Shown here piece after piece: positions 1 to 10,009 of a DNA stretch of 64,000 nucleotides (positions are counted from its first letter, which is position 1; each line of letters opens with the position of its first letter). The DNA is taken from sequence record ON631220.1. One strand, given 5' to 3'. Under the pieces are notes generated by a model. It searched no databases, was not told the DNA's origin, and worked only from the letters and a program-made list of their open reading frames with translations. The position numbers and the translations under genes are program-made.

Positions 1-90
1 GTTGGAAGGGGGACTGGCTCCGATTTATTATGACTAATGTAGAAACGAGGGGGAGGGATCATTTCTACATATCATTACATACTCAGTAAG

Positions 91-1974
91 TTATTCTTCA
101 ATACCAATGACCGTATTGCGTTCATTGGTGTTCTCTACGGTTGAACCACTTGGGAAGCTACTGACAGATGCTTGCATTAGTTTCAACATGTCGATAGCAA
201 ATACTCGATATGTAGATTCAACCTTAGCGTCGTCGTACGATGCATGAATGTTAAGAATGGCATTATCGGCCCTTTTAGCCAGCAGATATACATCCTCAAG
301 AGCATCTTTATCTTTAATAGTGGATAGCTTATGTTTGTAGATATCCCCATTGACAGATAGGTCAGGATACTGGGCTACCCAAGTGTCCGCAATAGTCTTA
401 GTGTTGTTAGACAGAACGTCAATGATAACGTTAGCTGCTTCCACAATACCGGTAGCATCAAGCAACTTAATCTTAGCACCAGCATTATCTGGCCATTTGG
501 GTTCTTGGAAGTTTGTCTTTACATTGGGTTTCCATTCAGCCAGAAGAGTAGCGACTTTCTTAGGGTCTTGCCAATCATTCCCTTTGAACAGATTAACCAC
601 GGGGGCTAGTATCTTACTGTTCTCATCCAGAACTTTCTGGTTGTGACGATCAGCTTTAGCTACAGCATTAGTGATATTGGCTTTTGCGGTCTTAGGATCA
701 TTAGACGCGAACGTCTCGTAACTCGATACTTTTACTTCGCCGGTTTTAAGCTTTGCTTCTGCCACCCATTTGGCATCACCATAGGTACTTTTCAGTGTAG
801 CAATAGCTTTCTTCTTTTTATCAAGATTGATCTCAGGGCCAGAGTCGAAGATACTCTTAATGGTGTCGATAAGACCTTCATTTGAGACTTGTATAAAACC
901 GGGAGTATTAATGATGGACTTCTCTACATACCCGCCACGAATAACTCGATTTATAAAACCATTAAGACCACTACCAGTTTCGGCCATATCTTTCATGATT
1001 TCTATATTTGTTTCACCAGCACTCTGGGCATTGTATAAATAATAAGAACCATCTTTAAATTTTAGTATAATCCAGTCATCTCCAGTTAGATATGAATCAA
1101 TATTACTATCATTCATACTTTGGTATTTAATGAATTCTGGATTAGTACTTAGTACTTCTTCAATAAACTCTTCTAATGCCGCAGAATTATTAATAGCATC
1201 AACAGGTGGAATTTCACCATCAATGGGTTCAGTAGTTGGACCAGTAACAATGGCAGGTAACGGATCCTCCTCTACAATAACAGTTTCTTCCACTGGTAGA
1301 GCACCACATGAAGCATCAATTAGTTTATTAAAACTACTAATGATCTCACCAAGTGCTACAAGAACTGCTGGCTGTTCAACTTGTTCAACTTTAGCAATAC
1401 CAGTTTCTGTAAATTCTTCAGTGATTCGGTTATAAACTTCTACTAGTTGGTTAGTAAGTTCTGCTACTTTTGGCAGAGTCTGCTTAGACAGAGGTTCAAC
1501 TACAGTTGTATCTGCTTCAACAAAAATAGAATCATCTTCTTCTAAACGGCTAGTATTAGCTGAGCCAGCTGTGAAGTTATAAGGCATATCTTGAATTACT
1601 TCATTAATTTCAGATGCCTCCATATCTTCATTTAGACGACCACTATAAGTACGCATCATACCTTCTGCTTCTTTAATAGTGGAATGCGCTAAGCGTCCCC
1701 AATCACCACGCATAATACCGCGCTCGGTAAGACCGCGTGCAGCTGAACCAAGATCAATAGGTTCTTCAATAAATGATTGTTCTTCAACCCACTCTTCATT
1801 ACTGTAACATTCTTTTAGAATGGTTTTAAATTTAGTACTAAAGGGTTGTAGAATCTTTTTATCTACTTGTTCAACATTTGTTTTAAAGTGTTCTAGACTT
1901 GGTGTAGCTTTTGAAGATACTTTTTCAGTACCGCTATATAGCGTACGGTTTAGGAAGTTTAGCATTTTATTCAT
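91..1974 (-). CDS. Internal head protein, phiKZ gp303-like, with acidic propeptide-like N-half and a KTSC-like domain
   Basis: 627-aa ORF next to the RNR genes; Glu-rich N-half; S-N-E/GLIDTIK fits the S/A/G-x-E cleavage consensus of phiKZ head protease gp175. Confidence 0.6.
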   Translation of the reverse strand: MNKMLNFLNRTLYSGTEKVSSKATPSLEHFKTNVEQVDKKILQPFSTKFKTILKECYSNEEWVEEQSFIEEPIDLGSAARGLTERGIMRGDWGRLAHSTIKEAEGMMRTYSGRLNEDMEASEINEVIQDMPYNFTAGSANTSRLEEDDSIFVEADTTVVEPLSKQTLPKVAELTNQLVEVYNRITEEFTETGIAKVEQVEQPAVLVALGEIISSFNKLIDASCGALPVEETVIVEEDPLPAIVTGPTTEPIDGEIPPVDAINNSAALEEFIEEVLSTNPEFIKYQSMNDSNIDSYLTGDDWIILKFKDGSYYLYNAQSAGETNIEIMKDMAETGSGLNGFINRVIRGGYVEKSIINTPGFIQVSNEGLIDTIKSIFDSGPEINLDKKKKAIATLKSTYGDAKWVAEAKLKTGEVKVSSYETFASNDPKTAKANITNAVAKADRHNQKVLDENSKILAPVVNLFKGNDWQDPKKVATLLAEWKPNVKTNFQEPKWPDNAGAKIKLLDATGIVEAANVIIDVLSNNTKTIADTWVAQYPDLSVNGDIYKHKLSTIKDKDALEDVYLLAKRADNAILNIHASYDDAKVESTYRVFAIDMLKLMQASVSSFPSGSTVENTNERNTVIGIEE

Positions 1975-2030
1975 GTCTACTCTCTCGTTGATGACTGTTA
2001 ATAAGAGTGCTATAGAATTGTTAGCATAAA

Positions 2031-2050
2031 CCCTCCCAATTAAGGGAGGG
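2031..2050. terminator. Hairpin CCCTCCC-AATTAA-GGGAGGG
   Basis: Perfect 7-bp stem between genes; same 20-mer recurs at 3708-3727. Confidence 0.75.
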
Positions 2051-2059
2051 TCATTATGT

Positions 2060-2476
2060 CTACATTATTTCGTAGGTACCATCAGACATTTCTACAATAG
2101 TTACAGACATGTCTGGTTCTAACTTCTTATTTGTGACGATTTGATTCATGTACAGTTTACCATGATCTTCAATGATCATCTTACATTGGTAAGTTTCTGT
2201 TGCAGCCATGTTATTACCGATAGCACCGCCAGCTGCCCCACCAATCAGACCTCCAATCCAACTACCCGATTTACCAAGAAGTGCTTTACCCACCGCAGCA
2301 CCGGCAGCAGCTCCGACGGTGCCTCCAATAGTTGCACCAGCGATACTATTATCTTTAGCTACAAGTTGGCAATCGACTTGTTTAATAATCCCACTAGTGG
2401 TTGCTTTAATTTCACTGGCTTCAAGAGTCATAGATACGAGTACTAAGGATAGTGCAAGAATTAATTTATTCATCAC
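2060..2476 (-). CDS. Glycine-zipper membrane/secreted protein
   Basis: N-terminal hydrophobic signal; GATIGGTVGAAAGAAVG...GGLIGGAAGGAIG two-helix glycine zipper. Confidence 0.7.
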   Translation of the reverse strand: MMNKLILALSLVLVSMTLEASEIKATTSGIIKQVDCQLVAKDNSIAGATIGGTVGAAAGAAVGKALLGKSGSWIGGLIGGAAGGAIGNNMAATETYQCKMIIEDHGKLYMNQIVTNKKLEPDMSVTIVEMSDGTYEIM

Positions 2477-3636
2477 ATGAAATCTACTTCGAATTCTTCT
2501 TCTTCACCAACATCATTCACAACGTTGACCATGTAATCAGGTTTCTCTTCTTCTTGAGGAGAAGCTTGGGTTGATGAAATGTCTAGGTAGTCTTCCATAT
2601 AAAGAAGTGGGTTCTTCTCTGGCCAAACAAAATCAAATCCAGCTGATTCTTTAAACTCTACTTGATACTGTTCTACAACATCATTTTCAATACTTAGGAA
2701 TGTTGCTGCGGCATTAGCATTGAAAAGTACCCAGTTAATAAGTTTAGTCGCATTAACACCAGTCAGTTCACGACCTTCAGAGAATAGATAATTAACCCAG
2801 GTAACTTCAGTCTTTACAATTTCCCATAGTAGTTCAATGATTTTATCTTTACATTGACTGTAAGCGAGTTTACCACGTTCAGTTGCCAGTAGTGCACGAA
2901 TAACTTCTTGACCATATTGCGCATGGATTTCGAATTCGTCTTGGGCAATCTTCTTAACAGCAGCTGCAATTTGCTGGAATGCACCGGTGCGACCAATAGC
3001 AAAGGTTACTGCAAAGGATGCCATGAACTGGATACGTTCTAGGAAATACAGAGCGATGAAGAACATGAATACTTTATTGTAAAGTTCTTGATCATTGGGT
3101 ACCTGATTAAGAGCATACGCGTGAACTGCATCATGCGCCTCACCCATAGTACGGGCTACTGCAACCATCCGTTCTTGTGCTTCTTCTACCCTAAGAATTT
3201 CATCTAGAATAACTTTAGGATCTTTAAAGCTATTACGTACAATTTCAGAATAAGTTAAAGCATGTACGTCTTCATTATCATTAATACGTACATATCCTGC
3301 CCATACTCGTGAATCTGTCATGACAGGTGATAGAATATTAACAATGGAACGACTGGCTACAGAGTCAGCTTCCCATTGCCAGGCCAGTGTCTTAATCATC
3401 ATGTCATAAGTTGATTTATCACACGTTTCAAATTCTACTAGACAAGTGGAAAAGTCAAATTCTAGCTCATCCCAATCAAGCATCTTTAGACGCTTATATA
3501 GCTCCCACATTTTAGGATAATGAGTGTGGATTGAATCTAGTAGACCTGGATCATCTCCAAGAATAATTTCCGGTAGATGATAATCACTCTTAGCAGCATT
3601 GAAGATTTTCTTTGGTAGTTGAGATTTAGTAGACAT
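2473..3636 (-). CDS. nrdB: Ribonucleotide reductase class Ia beta subunit
   Basis: WEADS, NEDVHALTY (E-x-x-H plus radical Tyr), ERIQF, DEFEIH, C-terminal SPQEEE...Y tail; adjacent to nrdA. Confidence 0.95.
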   Translation of the reverse strand: MSTKSQLPKKIFNAAKSDYHLPEIILGDDPGLLDSIHTHYPKMWELYKRLKMLDWDELEFDFSTCLVEFETCDKSTYDMMIKTLAWQWEADSVASRSIVNILSPVMTDSRVWAGYVRINDNEDVHALTYSEIVRNSFKDPKVILDEILRVEEAQERMVAVARTMGEAHDAVHAYALNQVPNDQELYNKVFMFFIALYFLERIQFMASFAVTFAIGRTGAFQQIAAAVKKIAQDEFEIHAQYGQEVIRALLATERGKLAYSQCKDKIIELLWEIVKTEVTWVNYLFSEGRELTGVNATKLINWVLFNANAAATFLSIENDVVEQYQVEFKESAGFDFVWPEKNPLLYMEDYLDISSTQASPQEEEKPDYMVNVVNDVGEEEEFEVDFM

Positions 3637-3705
3637 ATCGGTTCCTTTACAATTTAAAAATATTTCTTACAATAAATAATAGAGGTTAGTATAAATTGGG
3701 AATAA

Positions 3706-3729
3706 CACCCTCCCAATTAAGGGAGGGTG
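3706..3729. terminator. Hairpin CACCCTCCC-AATTAA-GGGAGGGTG
   Basis: 9-bp perfect stem immediately after the nrdA stop. Confidence 0.75.
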
Positions 3730-3736
3730 TATACAC

Positions 3737-6025
3737 TTAAAGAGTGCACGAACCGCCTGCACACCCAACTTCAGCATTAGTTACCTCAACAGCACGTTCA
3801 AGTGATTTAATGTCAAGTCCTGCCGCTGTTTCTAGATTTACATAATACCGGGTTTTCATTCCACGTTTCACCATGTAGAAGTGATTACTTAGCATTTCAT
3901 TAGAAGAGATCTTTTCCGAACCTACAATGCGTCGATAGAGGTCTGCACTGATTGTTTGATCAGTCCACTTTTGAATAATGGCATAGCAGTCAATAAGATC
4001 TTTAGTGGGGATATCATAAGCTGATTCATACACATAGGAATCATCATCTCCATATGGAGCAGCCCATAACACACGTGCGCCATTATCAGTCTTATTCAGA
4101 ATTAGACGACGTACCGGATATGGACCATTAGTTGACCCTAGTGCTTTAGATGATGCCTCACCAGGCATGTATGCAGCTAGTACGGAGTGTGCAATACCAC
4201 CATTCTCCTTAATCTCTTTCTCTAGCTCATCCCATGGATAAAGTTCTTCAAAGCCACCTTCGATGATAGTATCCACTGACTTATTATAAGTCTTACGTGG
4301 AGTCCATCCCTCTGGCCATTTAGTCTTATGAATCCAAGGCGCATTCCCGCGTTCTTTAGAAATCTTAAGTGATGCCTTAATGAGGAAGTACATATGCCGT
4401 TCAGCAATGAAGTGGATTTCAGCTTTACCAGCATCGCTACTATATTTAAGACCAGCACGTGCCATATGCGTGGCTAGACCCATGATACCAACACCAGCGC
4501 TCATTCGATTCTTAGCGGTTAGTGCAAGGTGTGGGAAAGCATACTCTGCATTAAGGATACAATAATCAATCATCTTAAGTGCGTAGTAAGCAGCCATTTC
4601 ATAAGTTTGCTTATCAGGAACATTATCCACTGCAATAGCAGCCAGTGAACAAGTAGCAATCTCGCCGCGCCCGTGATCCTCACTAGAATAAAGATCTTCC
4701 ATTCGATAGTAAGGCTTAGTGGGTTCTGCGATTTCAAGGCATAGGTTAGAACTGTAAATAGGTTCTTTAAATGGCGTATGATGATTGAGTTCATCAATTT
4801 GAGCTGAATAGATGGTTCCAGTCTCATATGCTTCAACTAGCATTGATTTGAGAAGATCCCGAGCATTTACATAAGTTTTCTCAAATTTAGGATCCGCTTC
4901 ATATTTTTCATAAAGCTTAATAAACTTATCAATATCGCCACTATAGAAAGCATCATGTAAATCTGGAGCAGTAAATGGATTGAATACAAAGATCATGCCA
5001 TCTTTCTGAGCCGCTTTCTTAGCAAAGAACTTATTACTTAGGAATGCATAGTGAAGATCACGGTTCTTCCTATCCTCAGTAGAACGTGGATTACGTAGCT
5101 GGGTAATCATATCTGCTTCAGGATCGAAAGCACTATAGTAACACGTAACAGCACCACCTCGACCATTCTGTAGGTTAGCCCTTACTGCTTTACCCATTAC
5201 ATCGATGTATGGTTTCTTACCTTGGTGAATGATTAGACCATTACGGATAGGATCACCAATTGACCTAGTCATTAAGTTAACACCAATACCTGCTGATGAT
5301 TGGGTCATGATGTTGGCAATATAATCACCCATTGCCAGTGATACGCCATTATCACCAGAAGCAAATAGGCAGCATGATGCAAAACCACGAAGCTTAGTAC
5401 CTAGATTAACGTAGTTAGGTGTTGGGGCACTAAGAATTTTATTAGAAAGTAGTTTATAGTAATTCTCCACATGGGTCATGCGAGTTTCAGCTGGCTCTTT
5501 TTCAGCTAGAGCCATTGCCATTCGCATATATACAAACTGGGCAGTCTCATATTCTTGACCAGTTTTACGATTACGTAGAGCATACTTTCCACGAATGTGA
5601 TGAAGTGAAAAATGCGGACAAAGTAGGTCAAGATCATGATCAATGATCTTTTCAATCTGAGCGTATTCTTTACTACTATAATCTAATTTAACAATGATAC
5701 CATCTTTACGCATCCTGGTTTGAAGCGCTTTAACAGTTGGGATGCCATTTAGACCATAGAACTTCTTACGAAGATAAATCGCATATAGTCGACCAGCCAT
5801 TAGATAATAAGACCATGTCTTACGATTTAGACATTCTTCAATAAGTTGTAATTGTAGTTCTTGTGATGAAGTTTTATCACCAAGAGCTTGAACAGCATCC
5901 ATCACAACACTACTCCAATCCACCTTATCGCCAAGATGTTGGGCTGCCCATTCACCCCAACCATTAATCTTAGCAGGTGAGTATGCTTCTTCAGTACCGT
6001 CTAGTTTAATGATAGTTTTTAACAT
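3737..6025 (-). CDS. nrdA: Ribonucleotide reductase class Ia alpha subunit
   Basis: SAPTP, ASCCL, SSNLCLEI catalytic motif, MPGEASS, KTRYY, C-terminal CAGGSC; start moved to MLKTII at 6025. Confidence 0.97.
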   Translation of the reverse strand: MLKTIIKLDGTEEAYSPAKINGWGEWAAQHLGDKVDWSSVVMDAVQALGDKTSSQELQLQLIEECLNRKTWSYYLMAGRLYAIYLRKKFYGLNGIPTVKALQTRMRKDGIIVKLDYSSKEYAQIEKIIDHDLDLLCPHFSLHHIRGKYALRNRKTGQEYETAQFVYMRMAMALAEKEPAETRMTHVENYYKLLSNKILSAPTPNYVNLGTKLRGFASCCLFASGDNGVSLAMGDYIANIMTQSSAGIGVNLMTRSIGDPIRNGLIIHQGKKPYIDVMGKAVRANLQNGRGGAVTCYYSAFDPEADMITQLRNPRSTEDRKNRDLHYAFLSNKFFAKKAAQKDGMIFVFNPFTAPDLHDAFYSGDIDKFIKLYEKYEADPKFEKTYVNARDLLKSMLVEAYETGTIYSAQIDELNHHTPFKEPIYSSNLCLEIAEPTKPYYRMEDLYSSEDHGRGEIATCSLAAIAVDNVPDKQTYEMAAYYALKMIDYCILNAEYAFPHLALTAKNRMSAGVGIMGLATHMARAGLKYSSDAGKAEIHFIAERHMYFLIKASLKISKERGNAPWIHKTKWPEGWTPRKTYNKSVDTIIEGGFEELYPWDELEKEIKENGGIAHSVLAAYMPGEASSKALGSTNGPYPVRRLILNKTDNGARVLWAAPYGDDDSYVYESAYDIPTKDLIDCYAIIQKWTDQTISADLYRRIVGSEKISSNEMLSNHFYMVKRGMKTRYYVNLETAAGLDIKSLERAVEVTNAEVGCAGGSCTL

Positions 6026-6369
6026 TGTTAATTTCCAATTGTGAGTCGTAAGTTCATGTGAAAAAGTATTCAACATATCTTTAGATCAACTAAGTATTTT
6101 TACGACCCATTTTAAATGAATTTAGTTGATCTATTGTAAAAGCATATTATGGTACATTGGATATCTTTATCTTAAAAACCTCTGTAGCCTTAGTGCCTTA
6201 AGGGTTACAGCTATATAGTCCAATATCGTTCTACCATGCTATTTAAGAGCTTTAAACAATAACCCACTATGTACCCTTAGGTTTTATTTTATCAGCAATA
6301 TAACTTAAAATAGAAATATACCTAAGTGCTTTTTACTATACTACTATTATTTATCGGAGTTAATTAAGA

Positions 6370-6759
6370 ATGTCTTTTTATCTACCGAGATACACCGATC
6401 CAATTGAAGCAATCGAATGGAAAAAGAACGGTGATATACCTGGTGATGGCGTTATCAATAATATCAACCAAGGTGCTATTGTTGGTTATGCTATACCTAC
6501 TAAAGAGTCTACTCTTAGTAATGCGATTTGCCCATTATGTAATCTAACTGAATCTAGTCATGGTATTTTACGTGTGGGTTCAGATAAAGATAAAATTGTC
6601 TGTCCGGGTGATTTTATTATTTTAATTCGTAAAAATAATGGGCGTATATTAGATTACAAATTAATGCGTCAACATGAATTTAATAAACTTTATCAACTGG
6701 TAACAAAAGAGGAAGCTAAACAATGGGCAATGATGTTGGATCCAGAAAAGAAGGACTAA
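6370..6759 (+). CDS. Hypothetical protein (position of phiKZ gp1)
   Basis: 129-aa ORF opening a co-oriented four-gene block; CPLC motif. Confidence 0.7.
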   Translation: MSFYLPRYTDPIEAIEWKKNGDIPGDGVINNINQGAIVGYAIPTKESTLSNAICPLCNLTESSHGILRVGSDKDKIVCPGDFIILIRKNNGRILDYKLMRQHEFNKLYQLVTKEEAKQWAMMLDPEKKD

Positions 6760-7307
6760 AGTTATATGAAGCTTTAGTTGAGGACATAATCATCACCAAT
6801 GATCTTGGTACTGGTCTTCGACCATCTCTTAATATAACCACTAGTGATGGTGTAACCAGAAATGTTACATTTGATCAACTTGAGAATTTTATTAAAGTTA
6901 TAAAAGCCACGCATGATACGCAAACTGTTGGCACTCCACTACAATGGTGTATTTACAGGTATGCTCCTAATTTAGTTAAAGCTCGATATATTGCAACTAG
7001 CTGGAAAATAACTGTAGACCATGTTAAGAAGACTTTGAATTTTCAAGGTACTTTAAATCACGAAGGCACTGTAGTTGATCATCCTAACTATGATCCAGAT
7101 ATTACCGCAAGAGAACTAATGTTCGATGAAACTATCACTGATTTTAGTCGATTTGAACAAATTGCTCTGTCTGGAAATATCGCTAACTTTAAAGAAGAAT
7201 TCAAAATGATGAAATATAGTTTTGATTTTAGTTACATTATTGAAGTTAGCAATGGCATGACTAGACTCAAGGAATTAGTTAATGATCAAACTGGATTATC
7301 AGATTAA
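6723..7307 (+). CDS. Probable ChmB-like nuclear-shell-associated protein (position of phiKZ gp2)
   Basis: 194-aa ORF two genes before DHFR (phiKZ gp4); size and position match gp2/ChmB; positional inference only. Confidence 0.5.
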   Translation: MGNDVGSRKEGLKLYEALVEDIIITNDLGTGLRPSLNITTSDGVTRNVTFDQLENFIKVIKATHDTQTVGTPLQWCIYRYAPNLVKARYIATSWKITVDHVKKTLNFQGTLNHEGTVVDHPNYDPDITARELMFDETITDFSRFEQIALSGNIANFKEEFKMMKYSFDFSYIIEVSNGMTRLKELVNDQTGLSD

Positions 7308-7788
7308 ATCAGAAGTCAATCATCTATTAAATAGATTATTAGTTAAAAACTTAGATGGTACTGTTTATTTTAGAACAACTATTAAAGAAGACGATTTAAA
7401 AGACTTACCTGTTAATCTGATTAGTCTACAAGTACTTATAAATCTATTGATAGGTTATGAAGGACTAGATATTACAACTAGTATTGAGGAATTCACACAA
7501 CAGATTAGTCTGATTCTTTGGGACATACCTATACTAGAAAAAGGCGAAGTGGAATACCTCTATATTGAACAAGATATTAAGTTGAATGAATTAGTTATTA
7601 AACATAAAAGACCTGGTGTATTGATTGATGAGAAAGTATATGGTGAATTAACACTATTACAAATGGCTCAAATTAATTACCTATTAGCGTCTACATTTAA
7701 GTTTAAAACTAATTTCACTTGCTGTAGTTGGGCTATTGAATTTAAAGATAATGAAGTATCTTGTAAATTCTGGCCTAAGGAAAATTGA
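7282..7788 (+). CDS. Hypothetical protein
   Basis: 168-aa ORF overlapping both neighbours. Confidence 0.7.
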   Translation: MIKLDYQIKSEVNHLLNRLLVKNLDGTVYFRTTIKEDDLKDLPVNLISLQVLINLLIGYEGLDITTSIEEFTQQISLILWDIPILEKGEVEYLYIEQDIKLNELVIKHKRPGVLIDEKVYGELTLLQMAQINYLLASTFKFKTNFTCCSWAIEFKDNEVSCKFWPKEN

Positions 7789-8309
7789 TGGCTATTAAAT
7801 TAATCGTTGCCCATGACCTAAATGGTGTCATTGGATATAATAATCTATTACCTTGGCATATACCTGAGGATTTAGCTTTCTTTAAAGAAATGACAACTGG
7901 TTGCTGTGTTATCATGGGTAAAAATACTTTCTTATCCTTAGGTAGTAAACCGTTACCTAATCGTAATAACATTGTTGTATCATCAAGTTTATATCGTAAC
8001 GGTAATTACCCAGTAGCCTATGATAATAAATTAGGTGTACTCCCTAATCTAAGTGCAGCTATTGTTTATGCCACTCATTTCAATAAAGAAACTGGAAAGG
8101 ATGCATGGATCATTGGCGGTTCTCAACTTTATAAAGAAGTCATTGAAAAGGATATTTTAGACGAAATGTACATTACTGCTGTCAAGATGGAAATCGATAA
8201 TAGTAGTTGTGTTTATTTCCCTAAAGAAATCATTAAATGGGATAAATGGAAATCAACCATTATTAAAGAAACTGACCTATGTACATATACCCATTGGATT
8301 AAAACATAA
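7788..8309 (+). CDS. folA: Dihydrofolate reductase
   Basis: IVAHDLNGVIG...LPWHIPEDLAFFK, VIMGKNTF, KPLPNRNNIVVS, WIIGGSQLY. Confidence 0.97.
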   Translation: MAIKLIVAHDLNGVIGYNNLLPWHIPEDLAFFKEMTTGCCVIMGKNTFLSLGSKPLPNRNNIVVSSSLYRNGNYPVAYDNKLGVLPNLSAAIVYATHFNKETGKDAWIIGGSQLYKEVIEKDILDEMYITAVKMEIDNSSCVYFPKEIIKWDKWKSTIIKETDLCTYTHWIKT

Positions 8310-8313
8310 TAAT

Positions 8314-8335
8314 AGCCTTCCCCCAGGGGAAGGCT
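8314..8335 (+). terminator. Hairpin AGCCTTCCCC/GGGGAAGGCT followed by TTATG
   Basis: 10-bp inverted repeat right after the DHFR stop. Confidence 0.75.
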
Positions 8336-8366
8336 TTATGTCATGTATTCAAATGTATTTAAAGGG

Positions 8367-8374
8367 TATATTAC
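8367..8374 (+). promoter_or_regulatory. phiKZ-type early promoter TATATTAC
   Basis: Exact match to the phiKZ early consensus, preceded by TTTAA, between a terminator and an ORF. Confidence 0.75.
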
Positions 8375-8425
8375 AAAGGTGAATTAAATATAGATTATTC
8401 TATTTATTATTGAGGAGTGCAGTCC

Positions 8426-8830
8426 ATGAAAAACACTAAGAAAACAACTTATAATGCTATCGATCTAAATAAATTAAGTAAAGATATGTTCAGTGGTGGT
8501 AGAACCTGGGCAGCGGTTGAGTTTGCAATAAATTGTGCAAATGAGTTAATGGAGTTAAATAGTAAAGGAAATACTATTTTATTTGATGACGACATTGTCG
8601 ACAAAGTTGAATTTGAACTTAAGATCTATGATTGGTGTGATGCACCACATGGCTGTTATCTTTATAGATCTTTATGGAAGAATACTCAGGAAATTGTCTT
8701 TGGTGATAATGTAAACAAAGATGGAAGACTTGTATTGACTAAAAAAGAAGTACGTGAATACTTTTCAAGATTCAAAATTTTCCGTAGTGTCATGTACTTA
8801 TCCAATAGTATTAAAAAGTTAAAAGGGTAA
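8426..8830 (+). CDS. Hypothetical early protein
   Basis: GAGGAG RBS 8 nt before ATG 8426. Confidence 0.75.
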   Translation: MKNTKKTTYNAIDLNKLSKDMFSGGRTWAAVEFAINCANELMELNSKGNTILFDDDIVDKVEFELKIYDWCDAPHGCYLYRSLWKNTQEIVFGDNVNKDGRLVLTKKEVREYFSRFKIFRSVMYLSNSIKKLKG

Positions 8831-8870
8831 CCCTCCTCTACCGATAATACATTCAAACCATTTTAAACAG

Positions 8871-8878
8871 TATATTAC
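8871..8878 (+). promoter_or_regulatory. Early promoter TATATTAC
   Basis: Exact motif in CATTTTAAACAG-TATATTAC context. Confidence 0.75.
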
Positions 8879-8879
8879 T

Positions 8880-8914
8880 AACTTGATATTTAACCTTCAA
8901 TTAATGTAAAAAGG
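8880..8914 (+). repeat. 35-bp leader/RBS repeat, copy 1
   Basis: AACTTGATATTTAACCTTCAATTAATGTAAAAAGG identical to 10695-10729. Confidence 0.9.
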
Positions 8915-8924
8915 AATCTATACC

Positions 8925-9440
8925 ATGTTCGAAATTAAATTTTCTAAAAAAGAACAATTCCCTGGCCGTGGTCACTGCATCGAACTTTATGGTGATTATG
9001 TCACCGAGCGTGTATGGCATGCAGTGAAACAAATAGTTGAATGCAACATCACCAATCACGAGTTTTATAAAGCAAAAGAAGGTTTCTGTGTATTCTTCCA
9101 AGGTGGGTATGATAACCCTCATGGGAAATGGATCCTACTGGAATTCTGGGTAGACGACATCGAAAAGACCCGTGAGTTCGTTCGTCTCCTGACCATCACT
9201 ATTAATCGAGTATTGACAGAGCGCTTTACTCAAATCTGTGTTAACCCTAATCAAATGGGTTATGCAGATGGCGCAGGTGCATATGTCGCACTTGGTGAAA
9301 TCCATAAAGAAACTGGATGTCGTGTTAATTGGGGTAGTCCGACTACACCCATTACCTTCTATCCAGAAAATAACTTGGAACATCGTAAAGTACTCGATCT
9401 TTGCGCAACATTCGAACTCCCAGTAACTAAATGGGTGTAA
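8925..9440 (+). CDS. Hypothetical early protein
   Basis: 171-aa ORF with AAGGA RBS downstream of an early promoter. Confidence 0.75.
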   Translation: MFEIKFSKKEQFPGRGHCIELYGDYVTERVWHAVKQIVECNITNHEFYKAKEGFCVFFQGGYDNPHGKWILLEFWVDDIEKTREFVRLLTITINRVLTERFTQICVNPNQMGYADGAGAYVALGEIHKETGCRVNWGSPTTPITFYPENNLEHRKVLDLCATFELPVTKWV

Positions 9441-9457
9441 TTAGAGGATAAAGTACC

Positions 9458-9697
9458 ATGTACATCGTTATACACAGAGATGAGTCTGAAAGACATGAAT
9501 TGACTGTAGGTGATCCTAAAGATCTTATCGCGATCTTAGTCATTCTGGAGAATAGTGATAAAGTCATTGAATATAAGGTTATCGATTCGGATGTTGGTGT
9601 AATCAAGGACTTTAGATACTCATTTGGTTGGGGTAACGAATTCTTCACTAAAAATGCAAAAGATAATTTTAACTGGAATCAATCGAGGAAACAATAA
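9458..9697 (+). CDS. Hypothetical protein
   Basis: 79-aa ORF with GAGG RBS. Confidence 0.7.
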   Translation: MYIVIHRDESERHELTVGDPKDLIAILVILENSDKVIEYKVIDSDVGVIKDFRYSFGWGNEFFTKNAKDNFNWNQSRKQ

Positions 9698-9909
9698 TGG
9701 CAGACGGTAAAATCAGTGGTGAAGCTGTAATGAAATATCTACGTTCTCGAAATGACCACGTGGATTTTATGCGAGATGAACTGTCGGTTTACATTGAAAA
9801 TGATGAAGTGGTAGTTAAGATTACAGATACTACTTCAGGTGGTTCTGCAACACACCACTCAGGTTATGATGTAAACAACTTTGAAAGAACGTATGGTCAA
9901 ACTAACTAA
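9697..9909 (+). CDS. Hypothetical protein
   Basis: 70-aa ORF, TAATG stop/start overlap, GAGG RBS. Confidence 0.7.
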   Translation: MADGKISGEAVMKYLRSRNDHVDFMRDELSVYIENDEVVVKITDTTSGGSATHHSGYDVNNFERTYGQTN

Positions 9910-9941
9910 ATAAATTAGTAACACTTATTGGCAACATACAT

Positions 9942-9957
9942 CCTCCCTTCGGGGAGG
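9942..9957 (+). terminator. UUCG hairpin terminator
   Basis: CCTCCC-TTCG-GGGAGG followed by a T-rich tail. Confidence 0.75.
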
Positions 9958-10009
9958 GCTTTATTTTCAATATAGACATATTTTTTAATACATTAGTTGG
10001 AGTTTAAAA

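Noticed and set aside
2920-2945. NrdB metal-ligand motif DEFEIH with one extra residue relative to DExxH
   Set aside because: The other ligands and the radical Tyr are intact, and I recall similar spacing in other phage NrdBs, so it is probably a subfamily trait
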